Virus record (IMG/VR): IMGVR_UViG_3300036971_000130
From: a virus
Lineage: Duplodnaviria > Caudoviricetes
Direction: 5' to 3' (one strand)
DNA length: 64,000 bases
The translations under genes and the position numbers were made by a program. Each line of letters starts with the position of its first letter. Positions within the stretch are counted from its first letter, which is position 1. Of the stretch, positions 9,901 through 18,011 are shown in pieces. The notes beneath the pieces are model-generated. The model worked only from the letters and a program-made list of their open reading frames with translations. It ran no database searches and had not been told where the DNA came from.

Positions 9901-11103
9901 AAGGACTACGCCCTCGGGTTCTGCACCACGTACTTCGAGGCAGCGGGCACGCTCATGCACATCTACGAGAACGTGGTTCGTGCTCGTGTGGCCTTGAACG
10001 GCCAGTACGGCGCTTCGTCGTTCATGGATCTGCCGGAGGAAGTCCGCCCGAACCGAGTGCTCATCTTCATCGACGAGTTCACGTCGCTCCTTCAGATGGA
10101 TGCAGTCCCGAAGGGCGATGACCCGGACACGATCCAGGAAGCCGAGATCATGTCCGAGCGCAACGAGGCTCGTCGGGCCATCTCGTCGATGGTCGGCAAG
10201 ATCGTTCGTGAAGCTCGATCCGCTGGTGTCACCATCGCCATCGGTGCTCAGGCGATGAAGTCCGACTTCCTGAAGACGCTCCCTGGTGGTGCTGGCATGA
10301 AGGACTCGATGGCTCGTATCCTCATGGGTAACGCAAGCCACGGCGAACGTGCGTCGGCGCTCCGGATGGGCCACAAGGCTCAGGCGATGCCGACAGCGAT
10401 CATCCCGAAGGGCCGAGGCTGGTGGGAGTCTTCCACGGCTGGTTCAGCTTCGGTCATCCAGGTGTGGTTCGCCACGCAGAGCACGTACGCTGCCGCTCTC
10501 GAAGGCATGCCTCTCGCTGACCCGGATCGGATCATCGACCAGGAGCAGTTCTCCGAGCCGGTCGTCCACTCGTTCATGCAAGAGGCCGAGGAAGGCACCT
10601 CGTTCACTGATGGCGTCTTCGTCGAGGACGATGACGAGGTCATCGAACTCGGTTCGTTCCAGGGGTTCACGATCCCTGACGCCCCGGATGACGAGCGTGT
10701 CGCTCCGTTCGTGATCGAGACCGTCGACGACGATGACGAAGGGTTCTCGTCCTTCGATGACCTCCCAGAGATCGTCGTCGACGAACCTGTCCGTCCGGCG
10801 GTGGTGACGGTCGGGTTCGCCGGTGAGGCTGGTGACGTGCAGATCCAGTCGATCGACGAGTTCCTGGCGTGGCTGGACACGGCTGTCGGTTCTGACGTGG
10901 TCGTGAACGTCGCCTCGGACCAGGCGGATGAACTGGTTGGCACGGTGGAGGCGATCTTCGGCCCTGGCATGGTCAGCTTCGTCGTGACCGAACCGGAACC
11001 AGAGCCCGAACCAGAACCGGTACGTCGAGTCTCGCCGTCCAGAATGACGTGGGGAGCCGAGATCGGCAACGGTGGGTTCGATGATGACGACTTCCTGTCC
11101 TGA
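6982..11103 (+). CDS. Membrane-anchored FtsK/SpoIIIE-family ATPase
   Basis: N-terminal TMs; PHLLLAGSSGGGKS, MDPMKG, IFIDEF, EARSAGV, PKGRG; acidic tail. Confidence 0.85.
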   Translation: MAQPFQQPSHAPLIIGVSALIGCGFAYLGFPAFAIIWLGFVVAAYLEPPVILTGKKDQYGSPTPLHDGESKRLRSFAFWRELRTSLIVPNASWLPGWPILGSFIGAVVAALIGWSLPVMFVQLQPVNAVCGFIVISAVMSARRKTMADGDVYGGARLNTLDDYLKENRPIAVISVLLGIVVAVLVATKVPQWQETSAKQVLTDQKTGEVVPHSATTMPPPQTTEAGSPPTIEYVIPTVDITPDPKATATKNPDLIVSGLVDYGTRSIIPLTIAGFFIGFFALTARPWSKRSIEHWKEVVAARAEWQPRWRAAGLKDDTFPWLVERERVGQFQVDTFIADPSLAAQTIIDTKANAIRPTIGAGMNMVALSTPDARNGEPVPGTVHLRRFQIVVWDGDLTDFSDPDADMDELTLSARIGFAEACDASGMLRSEIVEITPMHDLSPVPSDEDEDDEGDDLPAIPDITPQKNYGAVWAVQTTMGGATRTFRENSRGAIAGRFGVDCIIDDRRPDLNGVLFLGTLLEDGVTGRDVPERFTMPSPDREPNWPSMFRHIDMEDHYRTTWQQFLPQPEMYPTPHWDLEMDREIITKKGKSVVHGLAFVCRQGVPPNTFTNAKTEKNLATTWEAPLMVNMNSFRHNIGTGQSAKRQDIVSHAQAIFLSWSTDHIPSSIVNLPLQVQGNSPGSTSVKYSASVPSEPIIWVIQHYVNKAFDQVKKPRPDVMTAKCLTRKDSPEALWEIELKVVGGETIETLRSATERLRVAFQVPWCLVTTWESGVTIFVGGDPFNPKTNLVNPDRDAARLKGYSWEQAFISCGISGSDGVMPKLQDYKLLPSNNDIEVLKFSLPPGISPTTFKEKKDKLSTAKGYTYIEIVDSADPKVLEMMVCAEDPTPTAVMIGPAELDIIENSSGVPFATNILGEVVAYDPKESPHLLLAGSSGGGKSVLAQVLLYGALKRGWDIYVMDPMKGAADFSFTKDYALGFCTTYFEAAGTLMHIYENVVRARVALNGQYGASSFMDLPEEVRPNRVLIFIDEFTSLLQMDAVPKGDDPDTIQEAEIMSERNEARRAISSMVGKIVREARSAGVTIAIGAQAMKSDFLKTLPGGAGMKDSMARILMGNASHGERASALRMGHKAQAMPTAIIPKGRGWWESSTAGSASVIQVWFATQSTYAAALEGMPLADPDRIIDQEQFSEPVVHSFMQEAEEGTSFTDGVFVEDDDEVIELGSFQGFTIPDAPDDERVAPFVIETVDDDDEGFSSFDDLPEIVVDEPVRPAVVTVGFAGEAGDVQIQSIDEFLAWLDTAVGSDVVVNVASDQADELVGTVEAIFGPGMVSFVVTEPEPEPEPEPVRRVSPSRMTWGAEIGNGGFDDDDFLS

Positions 11104-11123
11104 CACATCCCTCGGTGAGCCTG

Positions 11124-11132
11124 CAATAGTTC
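11124..11132 (+). promoter_or_regulatory. Class II promoter motif CAATAGTTC (also 54934, 61623, 63239)
   Basis: Start codon begins exactly 13 nt after the motif's first base in all four copies. Confidence 0.7.
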
Positions 11133-11136
11133 AGAC

Positions 11137-11640
11137 ATGACGCAGACCTTCAACCCGAACGAACACCCACGGAACGCAGTCGGCAGGTTCACCGAGGCCT
11201 ACTTCGAGAAGGCGTCCGTCGATCTCGGCGCAACGCTGAATCCGATATTCGTCCCATTTGATCCGGAGCAGATCAACCGTGCTCAGACCCGGATCGCCGG
11301 GGCCGAGGACGCAAAGCTGAATCGGTTCGTGGCTCGCCGTGCCCGAGGCACGATGAGCGTTCGGAAGATGGAAGACCTGCTCGATCAGCGAGTGTCGATG
11401 CTCGTGCTTCAGGATGATGGCTCCGTCGAAGCGTGGGAGGGGACGCTCGTCAAGGGCGTTGGCTCGCTCTGGGGCTTCAAGAAGAAGCGTGAGCGGAACT
11501 TCGGTGGCCCCCGTTCGGTCCATATCGAGGGTGATGTCGACCGGGTATTCGCTATCGAGTCCGGCTACGGAAGCTCCGAGGCGATGACCCGGAAGTTCCA
11601 CCAGGATTCGGCCAAGTGGGACGAAGCAGGAGTTGGGTGA
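11137..11640 (+). CDS. Hypothetical protein with N-terminal HPRxxxGRF motif
   Basis: Leaderless ORF; MTQTFNPNEHPRNAVGRFT. Confidence 0.7.
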   Translation: MTQTFNPNEHPRNAVGRFTEAYFEKASVDLGATLNPIFVPFDPEQINRAQTRIAGAEDAKLNRFVARRARGTMSVRKMEDLLDQRVSMLVLQDDGSVEAWEGTLVKGVGSLWGFKKKRERNFGGPRSVHIEGDVDRVFAIESGYGSSEAMTRKFHQDSAKWDEAGVG

Positions 11641-11641
11641 A

Positions 11642-12238
11642 ATGGCAGACCAGACTGGCAAGACCAGGGATCAGCCCCGTGACTCGGGAAGGTTCGGGAA
11701 CAAGGATCGTGGCAGCGGACCGAACCTGACCCTCGACAGCCCCTCGCCTGGGTACGACACCGGTGGAATCAAGGTGGTACCGGACATCCCGGTCATCCTG
11801 AAGTTCGAGGAAGCCAAGTGGCAGACGCCGCACATCCGCCCAGTCGACTACCGGAACATCGACTCGTACTCGGGCTACGACGAGGACGACGCCGAGTGGG
11901 TCGGTGAGGTCATCGTGATGAACCACCCCCAGTACGGGCCTGTGGCCTTCCTCGCCAAGAGGCAGCGTCTCGGGTCTGTGTCCGGGACCGTCGTCTCCCC
12001 GGACGGCTACGTCAAGGGTGACGTGTTCTCGAAGGACCTGATCGACGAGCGTGGCGCTGCCGTCGATGGCTACCGCATCGGCAACATCGACAGCGATTCG
12101 ATCGCTGAACTCCGGAGCCAGATCGACAAGGACAGCGGCGGGTACGACCCGGACGACCCGTACACGCCTCCGCAGTCCCCAGCGGCAACCCAGAAGTTCT
12201 GGGGCATGGTCATGGAAGGGTGCGATCAGCAGGCATGA
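11642..12238 (+). CDS. Hypothetical protein with N-terminal QPRxxGRF motif
   Basis: MADQTGKTRDQPRDSGRFG; adjacent to previous gene. Confidence 0.65.
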   Translation: MADQTGKTRDQPRDSGRFGNKDRGSGPNLTLDSPSPGYDTGGIKVVPDIPVILKFEEAKWQTPHIRPVDYRNIDSYSGYDEDDAEWVGEVIVMNHPQYGPVAFLAKRQRLGSVSGTVVSPDGYVKGDVFSKDLIDERGAAVDGYRIGNIDSDSIAELRSQIDKDSGGYDPDDPYTPPQSPAATQKFWGMVMEGCDQQA

Positions 12239-12525
12239 ACGTCGACCTCGAAGACGCCATCTCCGACCACTCCTACCTTGGTGAAGACCATGTGGAGACC
12301 CTCCGGAACGAGGGCGGTGCGGTGTTCATCAACCAGGACGATGTCATCGAGTGTCGTTGGCGTGATGAGGACACCGGGGTCGTCTTCTCGGTGTGGTTCG
12401 AGTCGGGGCACTTCGAGACGTACTGGTGGTCGAAGGACGACGGCGTCTACGACGAGGTCGAGTCCGACTACGACTGCGACTTCGTCACCGTGATCCTCGA
12501 ACTGAGGTCTGACGGCGCAGGCTGA
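12235..12525 (+). CDS. Small acidic protein, paralog of next gene
   Basis: Shared ETYW.S...GV.DE motif. Confidence 0.6.
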   Translation: MNVDLEDAISDHSYLGEDHVETLRNEGGAVFINQDDVIECRWRDEDTGVVFSVWFESGHFETYWWSKDDGVYDEVESDYDCDFVTVILELRSDGAG

Positions 12526-12538
12526 CTATGCTGCGTGT

Positions 12539-12832
12539 ATGGAACCCACCGTCGAAGACATCGTCGCATCTCATCCCCATGTCACGGCCGAGGACATCGC
12601 CATGTTCAAGGCTGCTGGTGCTGGCGTGTTCGTCGGTGAGGACGGGCGCTCGATCAACCTTCGATGGTCGAGGCTGAAGCCTCGGCTGGTGTTCGATGCC
12701 CTGCTTCCAACAGAGGGGATCGAGACCTACTGGTTCTCCGAGGAACACGGTGTCCACGATGAGCGTGAAGTCGGCTACGATGGCTCCGTGATCGAGTCTG
12801 TCCTGCGGATCAAGGCTGATCGCAAGGTCTGA
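12539..12832 (+). CDS. Small acidic protein, paralog of previous gene
   Basis: ETYWFSEEHGVHDE; TATGCT -10-like upstream. Confidence 0.6.
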   Translation: MEPTVEDIVASHPHVTAEDIAMFKAAGAGVFVGEDGRSINLRWSRLKPRLVFDALLPTEGIETYWFSEEHGVHDEREVGYDGSVIESVLRIKADRKV

Positions 12833-12886
12833 CCGGCAGCGTTTCCCCAGGTCAGAGACCTATTTCTCAGAAAACGGAGAAATGGT

Positions 12887-12915
12887 TGGACAGGGAGGGC
12901 TCCACCACCCATACT
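12887..12915 (+). promoter_or_regulatory. Promoter of main tRNA array (class I)
   Basis: TGGACA-N17-CATACT, motif repeated >20 times in window. Confidence 0.75.
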
Positions 12916-13005
12916 GTTCACCGTCAGCCAGCAACCGCCGGTTTGACATCACCTCGGTGACCGACTAGTGTCACCGCCAACACCCACCAGAGAGACCCGC
13001 CTCAA

Positions 13006-13128
13006 ATGTTCACCATCTTCGCCGCCGAGACCATGGAAGGATCGCCCATCACGGGCATCACCTCCCATGTCTGTGCGTCGAAGCCGGTGAGCCGAGACTG
13101 GAATCAGCCGGAAAGGGTGGCGAAGTAG
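13006..13128 (+). CDS. Putative attenuator leader peptide, 40 aa, uses 18 amino acids (no Leu/Tyr)
   Basis: MFTIFAAETMEGSPITGITSHVCASKPVSRDWNQPERVAK; last codons overlap an antiterminator strand. Confidence 0.7.
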   Translation: MFTIFAAETMEGSPITGITSHVCASKPVSRDWNQPERVAK

Positions 13129-13159
13129 CAGAATCCGACCACAAGTCGATCTGATACCG

Positions 13160-13194
13160 AAGCCACTCCTTCCGGGGAGTGGCTTTCTGGTTTT
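13160..13194 (+). terminator. Intrinsic terminator (attenuator) upstream of tRNA array
   Basis: AAGCCACTCCT-TCCG-GGGAGTGGCTT then TCTGGTTTT; left arm can instead pair with 13108-13121. Confidence 0.8.
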
Positions 13195-13464
13195 GGAAAC
13201 ACACTGAAACAGATCGAACGGAACGAACGCCCGCTGGGAGCCAGAAATCTCAGCAACTCTCGAACTTGGAATCCCGAGCCGTGTGGAAGCGGCGGAGGTA
13301 GCTAGAGGGCATATGTACAGGACCAAGGGAAGCCAGGTTGGACCCGCTAGGAAGCCTCCCCAATGAGTCCGGGACTGTGCAGTAGAGACGCCACAAGGCA
13401 GGGGGTCAGGATGCCAGTCCTGACCCGTCTGCCAACCGGTCACCGGTTCGCCGGTGACCGTCCT

Positions 13465-13535
13465 GGGGGTATGTTCCAATGGTAGGATGACGGTCTCCAA
13501 AACCGACAGTCCGGGTTCGATTCCTGGTACCCCTG
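13465..13535 (+). tRNA. tRNA-Trp(CCA)
   Basis: Cloverleaf, loop CTCCAAA. Confidence 0.9.
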
Positions 13536-13712
13536 CAAAGGCGTGAGAATACGGGTGTCGAGGCCCGTCCGACTTCCCCAAGCTGTCGGTCATCTAAGGA
13601 AGATACACGTCACTATTCCTCTCTCGGTTGGCCGTCAACCTGATCGAGTAACGTGGAAGTCGTCGTAGGCGACAAGGCTCGTTCCGTGCCGAACGGAGCA
13701 GTTGACAGCCAT

Positions 13713-13786
<74 letters not shown>

Positions 13787-13788
13787 CT

Positions 13789-13865
13789 GGCGGGGTAGAG
13801 CAGTTTGGTAGCTCGACAGCCTCATAAGCTGTAGGTCACGGGATCGAAGCCCGTCCCCGCACCCA
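13789..13865 (+). tRNA. tRNA-Met(CAT), initiator-like
   Basis: 1:72 mismatch and fMet-type D arm, but no 3GC anticodon pairs; T loop ATCGAAG. Confidence 0.8.
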
Positions 13866-14178
13866 TCTCGTCATCGCCGGATCGGCAAAATCCGGGTCTC
13901 GGAAAACCGGGGTATGCTGCCAGCCTCACAGGCTGGTTAGCTCTCGGCCAGTACGAGGCAGATGACACAACCACAGCAACTCACTGCGTCCTTGCCAGGT
14001 GAGGTGGGTCGCTGTGGAAGTTCTCTGTCAGCCGGGACGGCAATCCCGGTGCTTGGAAGGGGACCCTGGTCGGCGCTTCGGCGTATCAGAAGGGGTCCCT
14101 GGTCCTGGCACGATAGGCAACCGAGCGAAGGAGGCTCCGCACTTGCCGGTGCGGAGCCGATCTCCCTCGGAAGTTCTT

Positions 14179-14251
14179 GGGGTCGTAGCTCAGTTGGTAG
14201 AGCACCTGCCTTGCAAGCAGGATGTCAGGGGTTCGATTCCCCTCGGCTCCA
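14179..14251 (+). tRNA. tRNA-Ala(TGC)
   Basis: loop CTTGCAA, G3:U70. Confidence 0.93.
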
Positions 14252-14533
14252 CAGGGACCGTGATGGTCCAAACAGAACAACCCGTCATCTCTTGCGTAGG
14301 GGTAAGTTGGCACTTCCTCAAAGCCACCGCTATCGGGCGGCAATGCTGGGGTCGGACCCAGCCCGGCGGCTGAAACCGTCGGTCGGCTAAATCGGACGTG
14401 GGAGAAGTCGTTTCGTCAGGGAACGACTACTGTCGAGCGTGAACCCAGGGCGATGTCCTGGGAGGTGTAGGAACGGGAATGGCTGACCGGAGGGTCGTAG
14501 ATGCCAAGCTACGGCCACTGGAAGGCCCCTCAT

Positions 14534-14611
14534 GGTGTTCGTAGCTCAGTTGGCTAGAGCGCAGCGTTGTGGTCGCTGAGGTCGCGGGTTCGAACCCCGT
14601 CGTTCACCCCA
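14534..14611 (+). tRNA. tRNA-His(GTG)
   Basis: G-1, loop TTGTGGT, CCA. Confidence 0.88.
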
Positions 14612-14748
14612 ATCGTCAGGTCGGAAGACCTTGGACGTAGAACATCCTGCATCGAAAGTGATCGAGCAGGTTGCTTCCTGACCGCCGACAGGGAAGCGTA
14701 ATGCCGTGGACAAGGGAGCTAGCCCCAACTCCACAAAGTCGGCTCCAT

Positions 14749-14821
14749 GCCCGGATAGCTCAGTTGGCAGAGCGTCCGTCTGAAAAGCGGAAGGTCACCG
14801 GATCGACTCCGGTTCCGGGCA
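14749..14821 (+). tRNA. tRNA-Phe(GAA)
   Basis: loop CTGAAAA. Confidence 0.92.
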
Positions 14822-14954
14822 CGCAAACCGGCCGCAAGCCGGTGGAGGTCGGAGGCATCCGACACAACGGGTTCGCTGACACCCCGTAGTCACGGTCGAC
14901 CGTGAAGAACTGGTCGGCGGGTAGGTATACCCGTCGATACGGAGTCAGTGCCAT

Positions 14955-15030
14955 GCGGTTGTAGCTCAGTCTGGTTAGAGCGTCTCGTTGCCAAAGAAGG
15001 TCGAGGGTTCGAATCCCTCCTGCCGCTCCA
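14955..15030 (+). tRNA. tRNA-Gly(GCC), anticodon stem defective
   Basis: TCTCG-TTGCCAA-AGA: 3' strand about 2 nt short. Confidence 0.7.
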
Positions 15031-15223
15031 TGACCCCCGCAAGGGAGCAGCGTCGGGTTGATCTCCGACAGGTGAAGGACCGTCGTAGTCCTTCGTGAGA
15101 CGGTGTCGAAACCGTCGACCATCCGTGAACGTGACGGGAAGGTGAAGTGGCCGTCTTGCACCGGTCCGGCTTCCGTAAGGGGGTCGAGATGAAGTGAAGC
15201 ATCGTCACCGATACGACACACAT

Positions 15224-15296
15224 GGGGGTGTAGCTCAGTTGGTAGAGCGCCTGGCTCTTAACCAGGATGTCGTGGGTTCGATCCCCTCCGCCCCTA
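15224..15296 (+). tRNA. tRNA-Lys(CTT)
   Basis: loop CTCTTAA. Confidence 0.92.
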
Positions 15297-15333
15297 CCGC
15301 TCTTGTGGACAGAGCCGAAACGTCCACCTTCCT

Positions 15334-15406
15334 TCCCAGGTAGCTCAACTGGTAGAGCATCCGGCTGTTAACCGGAGGGTTGCAGGTTCGAACCCTGCCC
15401 TGGGAG
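15334..15406 (+). tRNA. tRNA-Asn(GTT)
   Basis: loop CTGTTAA. Confidence 0.93.
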
Positions 15407-15557
15407 CTTGCAGTGATCTCCTTCACGACGGTGTTCCGCCATCGAAGTGAAGTCCGGTGAGCGACGACGTGAGAAACCGTTGCGATCCAACAAGGAACGT
15501 AGGTTCCTGGTATGCGGAGACAGGATGTCTCGATCCGGCCAGATCGAACGACCTGTA

Positions 15558-15635
15558 GTGTCTGTAGCTCAGTTCGGTCAGAGCGCCTGTCGTCGAGACA
15601 GGAGGTCGCTGGTTCGATTCCAGTCAGGTCCACCA
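15558..15635 (+). tRNA. Atypical tRNA, anticodon TCG (Arg?), G33, weak acceptor stem
   Basis: CCTGT-CGTCGAG-ACAGG; D and T arms normal; ACCA end. Confidence 0.6.
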
Positions 15636-15636
15636 T

Positions 15637-15710
15637 GCCGGTATAGCTCAGTTGGCTAGAGCGTCCCGCTCATAACGGGGAGGCCACTGGTTCGAGTCCA
15701 GTTACCGGTA
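15637..15710 (+). tRNA. tRNA-CAT (elongator Met or Ile2)
   Basis: loop CTCATAA. Confidence 0.88.
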
Positions 15711-15741
15711 CTGGTCCGCCGCAGACCTACTGCGACAACAA

Positions 15742-15818
15742 CGGGACGTGGCTCAGCTTGGTAGAGCGGGCGCTTCGGGGGCGTCAGGTCGTGGGTTCAA
15801 ATCCCGCCGTCCCGACCA
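15742..15818 (+). tRNA. tRNA-Pro(CGG)
   Basis: loop TTCGGGG. Confidence 0.9.
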
Positions 15819-15866
15819 AAGGTCAGTCGCAGACCTTGTGCCCATTCGGGCCAACTGCGACAACAA

Positions 15867-15941
15867 CGGGACGTAGCTCAGTTTGGCTAGAGCGGGCGCT
15901 TTGGGAGCGTCAGGCCGTCGGTTCGAGTCCGGCCGTCCCGA
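15867..15941 (+). tRNA. tRNA-Pro(TGG)
   Basis: loop TTTGGGA. Confidence 0.92.
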
Positions 15942-15977
15942 CAAGGTCAGCACGAACCTCGATCGTGCAAGGAACAA

Positions 15978-16051
15978 CCCTGGTTAGCTCAGAGGTAGAG
16001 CGCCGCCATGTCAGGCGGAGGTCAGTGTATCGAAAGCACTACTGGGGGCCA
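15978..16051 (+). tRNA. Atypical tRNA-Asp(GTC)-like, 6-nt anticodon loop
   Basis: CCGCC-ATGTCA-GGCGG; T loop ATCGAAA; GCCA end. Confidence 0.6.
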
Positions 16052-16052
16052 T

Positions 16053-16127
16053 GCACGTATAGCTCAGCGGCAGAGCGGCTCCCTTACAAGGAGTTGGTCG
16101 GGGGTTCGAGTCCCTCTGCGTGTACCA
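16053..16127 (+). tRNA. tRNA-Val(TAC)
   Basis: loop CTTACAA. Confidence 0.92.
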
Positions 16128-16226
16128 AAGTCAGCGGACAGGCTTCGGTATCCGCCATCCCCGGTGATGTCAAAATCCGGCGCTTCGTGGGAAGCGACAG
16201 CGTCCAGAAGGTCGCACCCACACTGA

Positions 16227-16300
16227 CCGGATGTAGCTCAATTGGAGAGAGTGCCTGACTACGAATCAGGAGGTTGGGGGTTCGAGTCCCTCCGTCCGGG
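16227..16300 (+). tRNA. tRNA-Arg(ACG)
   Basis: loop CTACGAA. Confidence 0.9.
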
Positions 16301-16467
16301 CTAGGGGGACCAGCGGGTCGCTACCGTTGGGCGCTCCTGAACCGACATGAATCGACGACTAGCTACCGTCAGCAACTCACCCCGCATGAAGGTGAGCTTC
16401 GGTGTGAGACCCGATGTCGGTACCATCTCCCGTCGAATGACGGCCCCGAGAGTGGCACTCTCAACAC

Positions 16468-16543
16468 GCCGCTTTAGCTCAGTTGGTAGAGCGCACCCAT
16501 GGTAAGGGTGAGGTGACCGGTTCGATCCCGGTAGGCGGCTCCA
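16468..16543 (+). tRNA. tRNA-Thr(GGT)
   Basis: loop ATGGTAA. Confidence 0.9.
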
Positions 16544-16544
16544 T

Positions 16545-16617
16545 TTCGGGATAGTTCAGTTGGTAGAACGCCTGGCTCTGAACCAGGAGGTCGGAGGTTC
16601 GAACCCTTCTCCCGAAG
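16545..16617 (+). tRNA. tRNA-Gln(CTG)
   Basis: loop CTCTGAA. Confidence 0.92.
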
Positions 16618-16674
16618 CAACGCTCGGCTTGTCCGGGCAGAACACCACCTTCTTGCTCGACGGGAAGGTCTCCA

Positions 16675-16751
16675 CGGGACATGGCGCAGCTTGGTAGCGC
16701 ACCGCTCTGGGGGAGCGGGGGTCGTCGGTTCAAATCCGGCTGTCCCGACCA
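16675..16751 (+). tRNA. tRNA-Pro(GGG)
   Basis: loop CTGGGGG. Confidence 0.9.
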
Positions 16752-16843
16752 AGAGGTCTGAAGGGCGATCGTGGGCACCCGTCAACGGTCGATACCACCA
16801 CCTCTGATCCAGCCGAAGGCCGAAGATAGGTTGGGTCGACCAT

Positions 16844-16919
16844 CACAGCGTAGCCAAGGTGGTCAAGGCAACCGTCTGCAAAACGGGAGATAGGGGTTCA
16901 ACTCCCCTCGCTGTGTCCA
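16844..16919 (+). tRNA. tRNA-Cys(GCA)
   Basis: loop CTGCAAA, U73. Confidence 0.9.
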
Positions 16920-16972
16920 AGGATGTCGAAGTTGGGCATCGTCTGCAATGCCACCCATGATGGGTGTATCAA

Positions 16973-17051
16973 GTCCTCGTAGCTCAGTCTGGTCCAGAGC
17001 GCCGCCCTGTCAAGGCGGAGGTCGCCGGTTCAAATCCGGTCGGGGACGCCA
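16973..17051 (+). tRNA. tRNA-Asp(GTC)
   Basis: loop CTGTCAA; internal promoter at 16933-16961. Confidence 0.93.
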
Positions 17052-17097
17052 TCCACATCTGGTGGTCGCTTGACGAGAGCGTATCTCGTCCCAACAT

Positions 17098-17173
17098 GCC
17101 CCGTTGGTCTAGTCAGGTTCAGGACGTTGGACTCTCAATCCAAAGGTCACGGGTTCAAATCCCGTACGGGGTA
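17098..17173 (+). tRNA. tRNA-Glu(CTC)
   Basis: loop CTCTCAA. Confidence 0.92.
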
Positions 17174-17207
17174 CTCAACGCCCGGCGAGAGCGCATCTTG
17201 CCAACAG

Positions 17208-17280
17208 GCCCCGGTCGTCTAGCGGCCTAGGACGCTGGCCTTTCAAGCCGGTAGCACGGGTTCGAATCCCGTTCGGGGTG
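17208..17280 (+). tRNA. tRNA-Glu(TTC)
   Basis: loop CTTTCAA. Confidence 0.92.
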
Positions 17281-17283
17281 CTA

Positions 17284-17361
17284 CGAGAAGTTCTGGTGAA
17301 GCAACTGGTGTTGCGGCCTCTCCGAGAGAGGTGCAGGCGGGTTCGATTCCCGTCACCTCGA
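17284..17361 (+). ncRNA. tRNA-like element with broken acceptor stem
   Basis: GCGGG-TTCGATT-CCCGT T arm, D-like and anticodon-like hairpins; only 4 contiguous acceptor pairs. Confidence 0.5.
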
Positions 17362-17512
17362 ACATCGTCAAGGCACGGCACGAGCCATTCCGATCGGATG
17401 GGGAGGGTCGTCGAGTAGGGCGTGAAGGCGATGGTCCACGACTGACCGCAGACCGTACATCTGCAACCTCCACGCACCCTCCTGCTCCGTTCCAGGCAGC
17501 CATGGAACCCTT

Positions 17513-17589
17513 GCGGATGTAGCTCAGTTGGTTAGAGCGTCTGGTTCCCAACCAGAAGGTCGAGGATTCGAGTTCCTCCATCCGCTCCA
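17513..17589 (+). tRNA. tRNA-Gly(CCC)
   Basis: loop TTCCCAA. Confidence 0.92.
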
Positions 17590-17591
17590 AT

Positions 17592-17682
17592 GGAAGGTAG
17601 GTCAGATATTGGTTTGCTGCGCCAGCCTCGAAAACTGGTTGGGTGAAAGTCCATGAGGGTTCGATTCCCTTGCCTTCCGCCA
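17592..17682 (+). tRNA. tRNA-Ser(CGA)
   Basis: long variable arm, loop CTCGAAA, GCCA. Confidence 0.88.
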
Positions 17683-17696
17683 TCTCAAACACCCTT

Positions 17697-17787
17697 GGAG
17701 GGTAGGCAACTGTTGGTTCGTTGCAACGGTCTGGAAAGCCGTGGGGTCTTCGGGCTCCCAAGGGTTCGATTCCCTTACCCTCCGCCA
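17697..17787 (+). tRNA. tRNA-Ser(GGA)
   Basis: loop CTGGAAA. Confidence 0.9.
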
Positions 17788-17795
17788 GACTTCTT

Positions 17796-17886
17796 GGAGA
17801 GTAGGCGTACTACTGGTTTGTCGCGCTCGGTTGCTACCCGAGTTGGGTGAAAGTCCATGAGGGTTCGATTCCCTTGCTCTCCGCCA
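17796..17886 (+). tRNA. tRNA-Ser(GCT)
   Basis: loop TTGCTAC. Confidence 0.88.
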
Positions 17887-17896
17887 TCGCACCCTT

Positions 17897-17986
17897 GGAG
17901 GGTAGGCAGATATTGGCGAGTTGCTGCGGCAGTCTTGAAAACTGTTTGGGTGAAAGCCCATGAGGGTTCGATTCCCTTGCCCTCCG
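17897..17986 (+). tRNA. tRNA-Ser(TGA)
   Basis: loop CTTGAAA. Confidence 0.9.
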
Positions 17987-18011
17987 CTCGCTTGGTGACT
18001 AGGTTGAGGCC

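Noticed and set aside
10989-11019. EP repeat (also NQ repeat at 37556-80)
   Set aside because: Ordinary low-complexity protein tails
4479-12857. CAGGTCAGAG motif at 4479 and 12848
   Set aside because: Two copies only; no integrase or function assignable
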